Source of the DNA: Chrysomallon squamiferum
Taxonomy: Eukaryota > Animalia > Mollusca
NCBI GenBank assembly: GCA_012295275.1
Contig: CM022670.1
Span: 22,940,001 to 23,004,000, forward strand
Reading direction: 5' to 3'
DNA: 64,000 nucleotides
Shown here: one piece after another, positions 29,587 through 43,100 of the stretch
Position numbering within the stretch: position 1 is the stretch's first letter
Layout of the letters: every line of letters starts with the position of its first letter
Program-made: the position numbers and the translations under genes
Notes under the pieces: generated by a model
Told to the model about the DNA's origin: nothing
Database searches by the model: none
The model's input: only the letters and a program-made list of their open reading frames with translations

Positions 29587-31501
29587 ATGATGGCATCAGG
29601 TCTTGAAACAGGGTTGCCATCTTTGACTCCTCAAGACGTTTTAGAAAGTGCAAGTCGTCTGGTGGACAAACATTTATCAGAGGATGGAGATTACTTAGAT
29701 TTGTCAAGATTGTTAGAAATCCGTGAACACGGTGAGTTTTCATAATTTAAATTTTATTGCTATGTCATTTTTTTTTTTTTTTAATAACAATTGTGATTTA
29801 AAAGAAATTAAATTATTTTATTGCACTATTGTTATATTATGAAGAAACCAAGATACACAAATGGAGTTGAAATAGAAAACTAATACTGGAACATCTTTTG
29901 AAAAAAAAAAAAAAAAAAAAAGTAAAAGATATATGCAGAAATGTGTTTTTTGTTTATTATTCAGCACAAATTTCAATCAGTGGACTTCATGACTTTGACT
30001 ACCCTAACATGATGGAGGCTGGGTTGAGCCCAGACACACTTGCAGAATTTGTCATTACCAAGTGGACACCACTGCCACCTTTAGTAGTCCAAGAATTTGG
30101 TCGTATCCTTAAAAATACCATTTTATTCTTTAGTAGTTATGTATAATTATATATATATTTTATAAACGTAAATTAAAAGATTGAATGTCTCATTAAAATA
30201 TCTTAGACACTTAGAAAAGAAGATTCTGCCAGGATAAATGCAAGTAAATGAAATTATTTGGTTATTTCTGTAAACCATAAAAAATACACACAGTGAAAAT
30301 GTAAAGCAGAATTAATATTTTTGTGACCTTAACTAATGTTTAGGAGTGCAGTGTAATTTTCTGATGGGTTTGTTTCCTGAGATCAAAAGAGCATGGTTGA
30401 CAATCGACAGTGATATATATGTTTGGAAATATGAAGATGGGTAAGGCGTAAAATTTAAATTGTTAGGGATCCTTTATTTTATGATAAACCTGTCCCCATC
30501 TCTTGGTATCCTACTGTCAAAGTACTATATGCAGCAGAAGCAATTGTACGTTTCAAAATATTAAGTGGCAACACTGTGCATTTGTCTTAATTTACTAACA
30601 TGTATATATATATATATATATATTTTTTAATAAATATTTTTACTTTTTTGTAATTGTGCTGGCTACTTTGTATTATCTGAGAACAGATTAAAACATTTTA
30701 CAAATCTTATGTTTTATGGATATATTGAATTTAATTTTAGTATAAAATGACTGAATGAATTTAACAATTTTTTTGTTTGAAAGTTCTGACATTTTAAATT
30801 TTATTTTAGAACTGATTTAGCATATTTTGATGAACTGAATGAAACTATTCTGTGTGCAGGTCTTGTGAAACCAAAACCAGGTTTGTTTAAAATCTCTGGA
30901 TTTACACATAACTAGGTTTTGTTAATGGTATTTAATTTAAGTTTTTAATTATTATTATGAATGTATTGCTAGTTTTCATTATTTATTATAAATTAAAAAA
31001 TGTTTTATTAGTAATTCTATTTCTTAATTAGCTTTGACATATACCTAGATTATTACCTTTATGAACGATAAAAACTAAATACAATATTCTTGTATCAATG
31101 TATGTATGCTTAATTTACAATGAATTATCCATTTAATGGTTTATGATTTTTTTACTTCTTAAAATTATGGAAATACATTTTTAATTTTCAGGAGTATTTC
31201 AGCCCTTTGTTCAGTATTTGTTGGTATTGGCCACTCCACTTAACATAGTTGTACTTGGAGTGTCTTTCATCAAACAATTTAAAGGTATTGTATCTGGTTC
31301 TTTATGGCCAATTTAACCATTCTCTATATAAAATCTATTCTACAGTTGACCAGTTTGACCTGATTGAAAACATGTGCTTATAAAGTTATAGGAAGACCAT
31401 TTCTTTAATATTATATTAATAATATTATACATGTAATACCCATTTCTGCCAGAAAAAAAAGAAAAAAGAAAAGGAAATGATTATATTGGGTTACCAGAAG
31501 G

Positions 31502-31536
<35 letters not shown>

Positions 31537-34500
31537 TGGTTGCATTTATCTGCTTTATTGCAATAATAAATGAGTAATAATTGGATAATTTGATCAGTTT
31601 TAAATTTTGGATATCAGGTGATTTGACTGGAAGTTTTGATGAGGAAATGCACCTCCTGCCTGAACCATTGCTTTCAGTGGCCACTGAGAGCACATACTTC
31701 ACACACATTTGTGGAACTGACAGTGGTAGAATATTCTTGGCTGGCAAAGATGGATGTTTGCATGAAGTGATCTACAAGGTGATTTTAACTCAAAAAAAAC
31801 AAAAGAACACACTCCAAAACCAAAGCAAATAATTGACTATATAACTGGAAAGTTCTAAGCTTGGGGACTGTAATAGATCAAATGTCCAGAAAGCATTTGA
31901 TTATTCAGTGTTTTTCTAGTGTTGGAAGGTAGCTTTAACCTGTAAGATTATTCCCAAATTGTCTGCAACAAAATAGTTTCTTGATGTATCTGTCATAATG
32001 ATAAAATGAGAAAAAAAATTATGCTAGAAAAAGAGGTTCAGTAAGGCATAATTTTGGTCTTGCTGTTGATCTTAAATTATTTTGCATATGATTAATAACA
32101 AACAGTTAGAAAGACATGATATTCCTGTCTCCCTTATAATGTCAACTAATGATTTATTTACTTATTTGGAGTAATAGCCTAATTGAAATAACAAATTAAA
32201 ATTAAAATAATTAAAAAATGTATGGAAATATTTTTGAAAATGCAGAAGAAAAATTATGAGGTGAAACTACATTTTAAATTTTGTTTTGTTCAGCAATGTG
32301 ATTAATAACAAAATGACAGTGTTATTTCTCATGAGAAAAAGATATACTATAGCTAAAGAAATGATAATTGAATTTTAATAAAATAGTTTTATAGTATATG
32401 TTTATATATATAATCTTCTTTTTTTCATTTTTCAGGCAACTGACAGTTGGTTCAGTTCAAAGTGTAAGAAAACAAATCATTCCGTTGGTGTGTTTTCAAT
32501 GTTTACTCCTTCTTTTTTCAGCTTTAGTGAAAATGGTAAGCATAGAAATTTTTCTTTTTTCAGTTCACGATATTATATTTTTCAACACATAGTTTCTGAA
32601 ATTTGTAACCTATTCTTACTATTGACTATAATCAGTAGATTTAACTTCCTGTCTGTGGATATATTAATGTAAAATATGTCACGTAGCAAAGTTTATTATT
32701 AATATAATGATTATGTTTATAATTGAAAAAAAGTGTACCTTTGATAGACATAAATAGTCTGAAAAAACATTTTAACTCTATTTACTCCTTTACATTTTTC
32801 ACAAACTGGATTTAAAGACATCAAAATAATACTGTTAAAAAAAACAGATAACACTTCAGAAGAAACTTTGAAGCCTGTCTACCTGCCCTGACTTCAGAAA
32901 ATGGCAGTGCTCAAATATTTTTTTTACGGGGGGCCTTCTTTTGTTACTGTACTTTTAAAATTTGATGGCTCATAAAACAAATAAAACATAACTTGCATGT
33001 TTTGACTTTTACTTTTTGTATCACACAAACTACTTTAAATTGTCTTAGACTGACTTTCATTTACATAATTGTTGTTTGACACTGATTAGCCTAAATATTT
33101 CTTTTATTGATGTTTTTGTCATTATTTCAGACCCTCTTGCTCAGATTAGTGTAGACAATTCTAGACATTTGTTGTACACCAGATCCGAGAAAGGCACAAT
33201 TAGTGTAAGTTATAACGCATTTTACATGCTGTGTGTGTGAAACTTGCTTTTTTTTTTGCTTTTTTAAAACATTTTTTTACAAATGTGAAACTTTATAATA
33301 GTCAAATTTCCAGTTTTAATTTATAATGCATTTGGAAAAACCCCAATGAATATCAATGCATATTTGACAGTTTGCTGTAGTTGAACTATTTTATATATTT
33401 ATTAGCATGTTTTTGTTAAACTGAGACATCTTTAAGATGTATTGTAAAATCATAATGTGTTTATTGATAACTTTTTATAGACTCTCCAATAGTCACAAAT
33501 GGCTAGCTGCTTACTTGACCAATAGACAGTAATTAGTATGTTTTGGATACAGTGAATCAAGCTCCTGATAAATGTATTGCAACTCAAATCTTCTTTGTTT
33601 TAATAACATGACGCATAAATGACATAGCATCCTGTATTTATTGACAGTTCAAAGAATTATATTCCTGTTATATTTTTAACTACTATATTTTTAATTAGTT
33701 ACTTTTTTAAAATAACACTTAGTCAAAAGTGTATTTCTTGTTTATTATTTAAGGTGTATGATCTTGGAGCTGACGGTAAACAAATCTCGAAGATTTCTGG
33801 TTCTTCTTCACAATCTATTTTCCAACAAGTATCTTTGGTAGCTAGGTATATGGCAAAACAAACATTTATTTTAGTATTTTTTATGTTACCTTTCTATTAA
33901 ATACCTAAACAAAATCAGCTTTTATAGTTTGCAGAAGAATAACCTATATATATAAAAAAAAAAAAAAGATTAAATGAAATTAAAGACTTTTTTTTGTAAA
34001 ATGATTTTCTTTTTTTTTTTAATTTGAAGTCCATATTGTTTTGTCAAACACTTTTTATATAAAATAAATTATTTTAATGTTTAAAGTTAATCTTTTTTGT
34101 AATTTATTACTTTTAACTGTAATCATTGTTATTTAGCACCATAGAAAAAACACACTTTGGATCTATAGTCCACATTTCACCTCTGACCAAAAGGGATTCT
34201 GCAGAAATACATTTAGTTGCCATAACAACGTCAGGTAAAGAAATAATTTTTTGAATTTTCTTTTTGCTTTTTCAGTTACTTTTCTTTAGACTAATGGATT
34301 ATATTAGGATAGAAATTGCACAGTTGTAACAGAAAAAGTTTAAAACATTTTGTATTTTTCTATGTAAAACATTAAAATTTATCATGAACAAGTATTAAAA
34401 ATGAGATATGAATCACTTAAAATAGTTTTCAGTAGATAATTCTTGATGAGAAACTACTTTTTCATCTCAAAATCTAAGGCATTTTTCACTGAAAAAAACG

Positions 34501-37079
34501 TGGAGTGAAACTACATTTGTTCATTTAAAGCTTTTTTCCTCTTCAGGATCATTGCTACTTTAATTTTGTATTTTTTTTAAATTATTATTATTTGCGTAAA
34601 ATTAAGAGGATAATGTGTCAATGAGTTAGACATCTCGTATGTAATACTCAGAATCCTTTAATTATGTTGCTAGACAATTATTATGTGGAAATAATGACAT
34701 GAAGCAGCTTGCATGTTATAATTGGTAGAAAACTTAACATACAACTTTGATGTTTAAATTAAAGTATGTGTGTGTAGTTTATTTACTTATTTCTAACATA
34801 ATTGACAGGTGTGAGGCTGTATTTTACAACTGTTCCGTTCAACACAACAACACGACGGCCTTGTTGTTTGACTTTGGTTCATATTCGTCTTCCACCAGGC
34901 TTCTCAGCCTCGTCCATTAGCACCAGGCCATTACAGAATGTCCACATGGCTTATTATAAAAAAGGTAATTTGATTCATGTAAAATAATCTTGTAACTGAT
35001 TTTAATACTTGAATAATTTCAGTGGGTTTCCAGAATTATTGTTTTTGAGTAAAGAGGTTAACATTATTTGAATTATTACTAGTCTGCATGCATGTGTGTG
35101 TGTGTGTGTGTGTGTGTGTGAGTAAAACATGCAAGAGAATACTGACAGTCAGTTTTAAGTTTAGAAAAATGTAGTTTTATCAGTCAGATATAAGAAAGAG
35201 AACTTGTATGAACCCATATTCATATTGATCATTACAGCTAAATATTCTATAGTGTTGTGATAAACGATTTGTTGTAGGTTCACTTCTGTTGCTGGCCTCA
35301 CACAGTGAAGAGAGTGACTTGCTCTTGGGAATTGGCAGTGATACTTTTCCTTTCCAAAGTAAACTTATGGAGACACAGGTACTGTAATAGTTATTACCTG
35401 TTTTGTTAAATATATTTTTGGTGTGTTGATATTTTCAAAAAAAACTGGAATTCCTTTGAGTCATGCTGTAATCTGCTGTGCATTTTTTTTTTTTTTTTCA
35501 GACTATATTACCTATTGAAGGAAAAACTAAGGCTGTATATGAAGTGCCAAATCTTTCAGAGGCTCCAGTAGGGAACCGTGTTCAGGGGGAGGTCAGACCA
35601 GATCCACCCGCTGTAGTCACCCAGCACATAGAGCCACCTCGCAAGTTTGTTCTTCTCACCTCACTGGTCAGTCACATTTTGTAGTCTTACATACAATTAA
35701 ATCTTCACCTGATACATATTAATTCATTTGTTTGATGCTGTTAAATTTGTGTGTCATATTTAAAAACAATTAAAAAATATTAATTTGTTTGAAGGGATGT
35801 ACTATACTTAGCAAGAAACGTCCTTCAGAGCAGCTACAACAGTTACTGATCGACTGCCAGGGACCTGAAGCTGAGGAAGTGAAAGCTTTCTTTAGACTGC
35901 ATAAGGTATTAAAACATTTAAAAGTTTTGTTTGCTATTTTAAATTACAGAGCATTATAAAAGTATAAAGTTTTAAAATAAAGTAATCTTACCTGTAATTA
36001 TACCCCTATATTTTTGGTACAGCCATAAGTAAATGATTACCTTACATCTGTCATCACTCCATCCCAGTTTTATAGATTGATTTAGAATTGGTTTGAGGGG
36101 TGTTAATTTAAAAAAAAAAAAATGTTGATTAATTATAAATATGTTTTTTTTTTTTTTTTTTTTTTTGTCCAGCCTGATCATGCCTGTGCTACCTGTCTTG
36201 CCCTGGCCTGTTCACGCCCCCCAGACCCACACATAGGTGACTGGGCTCGTGTTGCTTTCTTTCTGTATGGTGGGGAAGCACGGTATAACTACAGCCTTAT
36301 GTCAGGTGGAGGTCACATGCCAGCCAGCATGGAACCAGGAGGCTACATGTCAGGCAAGTTAATTTTTGGGGGTTTGTTAGAAAGATTGTCATGTATTTGT
36401 TAAAAGTATTGGGTTGCCAGATATATATATATATATATATTTTTTTTTTCAGTGTTATTTGAATTAAAAACAAAAACTAACAAATTTATCTTGACAATCC
36501 CAGTATTTTCCATAGGGACAGCAAAATGATGTAATTTCAAACTGGTTTCATTTACAGGTGCAGAGAAACCTCTTAAAACTCAAACAGTACTGAGACAAGT
36601 TAAATTTTCAGTTTGTAGGATTGTAGAAAAATTTGATTTTAAGAACTTGACAAATCGTAGCCATGCACACACACATGCACAGACTCATACACACACATGC
36701 ACATTTTGGAAGTCTACACAAACATTGTAATACCAGAATGGACTGAAACAAGTAGATATATATATTAAAAATATTCCGTTTTATTACCAACTACTAATAT
36801 GTCAATGGGGTAAAAAAATATTTTATTCATTTTAAACTGAAAGGTTTCTTTACAAAATAAAGTTAAGTCCACTGACTTAAGATGATTCTCCTTCAAATTA
36901 TAATACAACAAATCTGGTTAAATAGATGTTTTAAACAATTTATAATATTTCAAAGTTTAGTTTATTACAAATGATCAGTCAAAAAGGAATTTATAAATAA
37001 ACCTCAAAATTCGACTCAGGTATATACAAATTCCATTATGTTTTCCAAAGAAGATCACTTCATGAATGTAACCTGGAAC

Positions 37080-37127
<48 letters not shown>

Positions 37128-40100
37128 ACACATGGATAGACATGACAACTTTATTAATAATATTTTATTTTAAAGGTGGTATGAGTATGTATAGTCCAGG
37201 ATCTCTTAGCAGTAGTGTAGTGTTTGGTCCTCACGCACACAACACCAGTTTTGGAGCTATGCCTACTCCAGTACAAGGTAGGGAAAACTAAAAATAACTC
37301 ATTGTATAGTAAAATGTTGTATTTAAAAAAATAATTCAGGTCTAAATGTAGTCTACGATGTCATCTTGTGACTGTCAACTCATCAGTTGTTTAAAATAAT
37401 AAAATTTTATCTTATTCTAGGAATAATGAAATTCAAAATAAATGATATAAAAAAAAAAAAACCAAAACAATAACAACAAACATTTCAAAATATTCTGTTC
37501 AGACTAATTATGATTTTGTAGAATAATATATTGATATTTTGATTAAAATTTTGTTTATATTGAGTTTTATAAGGAATGTTTATTTACTTGATAATTATTT
37601 TATGTCTCATTTTCAGGCATGCAGCCAACTCACATGTCAACTCCAGCTCCAGGAATCATGCAAGGATACTCACAACCTATGTATCCATCTGGAGTTGCTT
37701 CCCTTCCAGGTTACATTCCATGAGGTGATCTTCTCTGGAAAACATAATGGAATTTGTATATACCTGAGTCGAATTTTGAGGTTTGTTTATAAATTCCTTT
37801 TTGATTGACATTTTGTAATAAACATAACTTAATACTGAAATAAACTTATGGAGACACAGGTACTGTAATTGTTATAGTCAATTTTATTACCTGTTTTGTT
37901 AAATATATTTTTGATGAATTGTTTATAACATTATATAATATTAATAATATTATAAATTGTTTAAAACATCTATTTAACTAGATAAGTTGTATTTTAATTT
38001 GAAGGAAGACTGTCTAAAGTCAATGGGTTTAATTTTATTTTTTTCAAGAAACCTTTCATTTTAAAATGAGTGAAATATTTTAACTTGAATAAAAACATTT
38101 TTTTTTTTTTTTCCCCATTGATGTATTAGTAGTTGGTAATAAAAAAGAATATTTTTAACATATATATCTATTTGTTTCAGTACATTCTGGTATTACAATG
38201 TTTGCATAGACTTCCAAAGTCAAACGACACAGGGTCTTGTTTCCTATGTGAGTTTGTCTATTGTTTTTACCTGAACCTATTATTTTCATTCCTTTTTGCA
38301 GTTTTTTCAAAAATAAAAAAATGTTATATTATCAGTTGTTGTAATAATAAAAAAGAAACGAAAAAAGGATGAAAAAAACCCAACCATCATCTTAAAAGCA
38401 AAAGCAGATAATAACAATCCATTTACTTAATTATAAACATACAACTAAAAATATTTTTATATTATCACTTTCTTTTTTTTTTTAAAACTATTTTATTATT
38501 ATTATTTTTTTTTTAAATGTTTTTTTATTTACTTGATTACAAATATTAGAGATTGGACTTATCTGAAACACTGTTGAATGTGTAAAAAAAAATTGTAACA
38601 TACACTTACACTTAAAAACATTTATAAAAACACATTCATCACTTTACTTAAACACTGTATTGTTTATATGTACATATACATGTTCATGTATGCATATATA
38701 TTCATCCCTCTGCTTAAACATATATATATGTATACAGGTTGATATTTATACATTCATTCCTGTACTTAAACTGACAGATACTTACACATTCATGCACATC
38801 TTACTGTTGCAGTTGGGAAGTGCTTTTAGTGTTGATGAACTAACTGTAGCCTTGGAACTGATTAGAGATCTTTCAGATTTCATGGAGATCAATTCTAGAT
38901 TTGAGACTGGAGGTCAAACAGACAGGTATTTAATTTTAGTGATCATTCTTATTTTTTCAGATCATTACCGTTGTATGAAAACTACTCCATTATGCTTATT
39001 TATACTTGCTTCATCCACTAAGGCTGTAATGGTGATTTGTTAAGTAGAAAGGTGAAAATGATCATTGACAGAGTTTGCTTCAATTTTTACAATGATTTAA
39101 TCAGACTGATATGGATTTATGTGTAATTTTGAAAAAGAAAATGTTAAGTCGCCATACCATCACCATGATCTTTTTTTTTTTTCATTTTCATACTGTGTGA
39201 CATTTTAAATTTTGTTTTTTGTAGTGTAACATCGACAGTTCATTTCCAGCCAAGAATGCTAGGACGTCTAGATGAAAACACCAAGAAGAGATTGCACAGT
39301 AAAGTTGAATTTTTTGTTTACACCAGCCTTTTACATGCCAGACCTTTATTTAACAACAGTTTCTTTTTTAACAGGAAATCAATAAACCTTAATGATTTGA
39401 AAAAAAAAAAATGTTTGACATTGGTTATTTTCCATTTTGCTTTAGTTAATTAAATAGACAAAAAAGTGTAACATTATAAAAAAAAAAAAAAATTTAATTT
39501 TTTTTTTTGAAAATTAAATGTGGAAAAAAAAATGTAATATTGATTTTGTTTTTTCACCATGTTATTTCACTGTGTTAAATGTGGGAAAATGTTTGACATT
39601 GTTGTTTTTTTTCATTTTATTTTGATTAAAACTTAAAATATATCAATAAGTATAACTTAAAAAGCAAATCAACAAAATGGTGCTGTAGAGTCAACATTTA
39701 TTTTGTTTATTTGCCTTCTTAGTGGAAGCCCAGAAAATGGAGAAGATATCACTGCAGCATATTAAAGACCTGTTACACAGAGTGGAAGAAATACTTGGTT
39801 TGTGGAAACTTTTGGTCAGTCATCAGTTTCATGCAATAGCAGAGGTTCTCCCAAAGGTAAAATAACAAACTCTTTATTTACAGTCTTCTTTTTTCTGGAT
39901 ATGAAAAATCTTTCATGTATAACAGATTTCATGTAGTTGGTGCTATTAAAAAATAATAATAACCTTTCTGCCATTGCTTAAATTTCAGCATAACTTACAG
40001 TTTGATCTCAGAGTTAAAATTATTAGTTTTGTGAAATGGCACTGTTATCTGTGATGTTTTCAGCAAAGTTTTTTATTTTTTGACAGGATCAGCAGGACCA

Positions 40101-43100
40101 GTTGAGAATATTTTCCTTCAGACAACTTGTTGTTAATGGCAAAGAGGTAAATGAAACAAAAGAAATCTTTATATATCAAGTTCAAAAATAATTTCTAGGA
40201 CAATTTGACTGATTTTTTGAGCACAGATGACAAATGTAAATTTTATTTTGCATTACAAATACACATAGCCACAGGTTAGATTATGTTTCATTGATTTCAT
40301 TCATTCTTTCATCTGAAAACAGGTTTAGGTTATGTACATTTAAGATATGCCAGTGTTTCAGATTATAATTTTCTGGCAAATTCTGTTCATCATATTAGCA
40401 CATTACAATCTGGCATTGTGTCCCTTGAACTCTGTTTCTAAATTTTTCAATATTTTTCATTTGTTCTAAAATTCAGAACATGATACTTAACTTGACAGAA
40501 ATGAATAAAAACAAGATTATACTTCGCATCCTCAGAGACACATTACTAGTCTAGTGTTATATAAAAATTGTGTACATCCCATGTATTTTGTTACATAATT
40601 AGTTATATAATAATATATATTAATATACCTTTCTGTTTTAGATTTGTAGTTCTTTGATATCATGTCTGATCAAACGATACCTGGATGACAATGCACCAAT
40701 AGAAGCCATAAGCACCAAATTGAGGGAGACCTGTCCCTCTCTCTACAGCTACAATGATGCCATATATTCTAAGGTAAGTAATTGTTAAATAAACTGATCA
40801 GATAACTCTCTTTTGACTGTAAATTTATAACGAAGAAGTGTTAAATTGCAATAGTATTTTATTCAGACAGTGAATAGTTTGTTTTAATTTTAAAAATGCT
40901 ATTATTGTGACATACATATGCCAAGTCAAAAATACTCAGAGTTGTTATAAAAAGATGCTGCTGCAAGAAAGACATACACATTAGGAGAAATACCAAAACT
41001 TTCTCAAAGTTTAACTATAAATATTATTTAAGTTTTCATTGTTTTTAGGCCAACGAGCTTCTTCATGCAGCAAGAATCAATTCAAATCAGTTGGAGAAGA
41101 AACAGCAGTTGCAAGAAGCTTTGAAGGTAACAGTTAATACTGAAAACACAGAAGTCAGATTTCCAGTAGTCAGCACTGCCTTAAAACAATACTGTACTGT
41201 TTGTTGTTGCTTACATTTCACCCTAGCTTTTACTTTGAACTTAAAGAGAATTGTTTTCATGCTGTTCTGTGAAATGTTACTCGAATCTTGATATCACTTA
41301 TTCTAATGAAAGTATACCTGTCATGTTATTCACTGTTTATGTAATTTTAACTATTCTTTTAACACCATTTTCAGAGTATTGTGTTAGTACTGTTGAAGAT
41401 TTATAGACTTTCCTTTTCTTCTGGAAGCACAATTAACATATGTTTCTTATTCATTTAATTAGATAAATTATTTTATTTTATTTTTATTTTTTTTCAACAC
41501 TATTCAAAGATGCATTAATAAAACTGCCATATTACATCTTTTGAAGAAATATACATTTCCTCAAAAGTTATGGTAAGGCAGTGTATTCAGTTATCTTTGA
41601 ATACTGTTGAAAAAGAATAAAATATATTTATATATCAAAGTTACATTAAGCTCTAACAACCAGTGTTTATTTGTGCAGTTATTAAAAGAAGTTACAACAC
41701 CAATGCAGTTGCCACCAGTGTGCCGACAGTTCGTTAGCGTCAACTTCTTTGAGGGTATTGTCGAACTTATCCTGGCAGTGGCCAAAAAATGTGACCCCTA
41801 CAACCTGGCCCTGCACTACTACCAGAGTGGGGAGCCTGCTGACGACCTGCAGGGCATGCAGGTGTACATGCAGAGGTAACAGTGTTTCTGTCACACAAGT
41901 GTTAAGTGTAATTTTATATACTGGACACAGCAGCTACTCATAATATTAGTAGTACTGCTGGTTTTGACATTTATTTGCTGTAATTCTGTTTCATGATTTC
42001 ATGAAGAGAACATTTCATTTTATACCAAAATTAAATAGATCTGTCTACGTTATGGTCAGTTCAGTGTTTATGATAAGAAATAGAAATGCCAGATTTCTTT
42101 ATGTGTACACTACCAGTATTAGTATTACTGTAATCAGTATTTTTTCTTTTACCTAGAAATACTGGAGTAATTCTGAGTATATTTTCTCAAAAGGTTTAAA
42201 GCTAGATCATCATTTGTATGAAATAAAAAATAAACAACTGTTTTATTAAAAGTCAGTGATAAGTTGGTTGTTTGTGTAAAATATGTGGATTGTATAGAAT
42301 GCACTGTTGCATCTGTGTTGTTTTGTTTACAGAAAGGAGTGCTACAACTGCTTTACGAACACTCTGGCTTACCTCTGGTCAGCAAGCACTTCACATCAGC
42401 AGGTTACCAAGCAACCAGGACCACCCCCAGCACCTGACCCAACTAGATTAACTGCAGCAGAGGCTGAACACTATGTAAAGTTCCTTGTGGTTAATTCAGT
42501 TGTTGTAACTTGCCCTTCTTTAATTTTCACAGAAATTGTGAAATGTTTTCATTACACTTTTTACTATGTTTTAATTCATTATTTTATTTCAGTACACATG
42601 TCAAATTAATGAAAAGAATGAAATTTATTTGCCTCAAAGGCTTATAGTGAATAAAAATGTTTTTCATGCAAAAGAAATCAAATACAGTGAATTGAGAGAA
42701 ATGTGAAAGCATTATTTCCTGATTACAGTTGTATTATGATTGTTTTAATTTATCTCTAAATTAGTAAACCATGGTTTTAAATTAATTTATTTTGTATTTT
42801 TAATTCAGATAAACATTATACATTTAAAAAAAACAAACAAAAAAAAACAACTAAACAACAAATAGGTGAATTTCTTGTTGTTGGTGCTGTGTTGTTTCAG
42901 CATTGATCAATACTTTAATGTTGGGGTCAGAATAATTTTCAGACAGTTTTGTGAAAAGAAAGAAGCAGATTTGTGAAGTGTGTGTTTGCTTGTTACAGAA
43001 AAATACAATGTTAGATCTCGGCTTGAAGTCAGACGATGCTCTGTTTCACTCCACTGTGTACGACTGGCTCTTTGCAACAAACAAACTGCAGAAACTCCTT

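Noticed and set aside
37681-37724. Micro-introns that might repair the exon-17 frameshift (GTATCCAT...CAG, 29 nt; GTTACATTCCATGAG, 15 nt)
   Set aside because: Both are far shorter than any intron in these genes, and neither removal restores the conserved frame.
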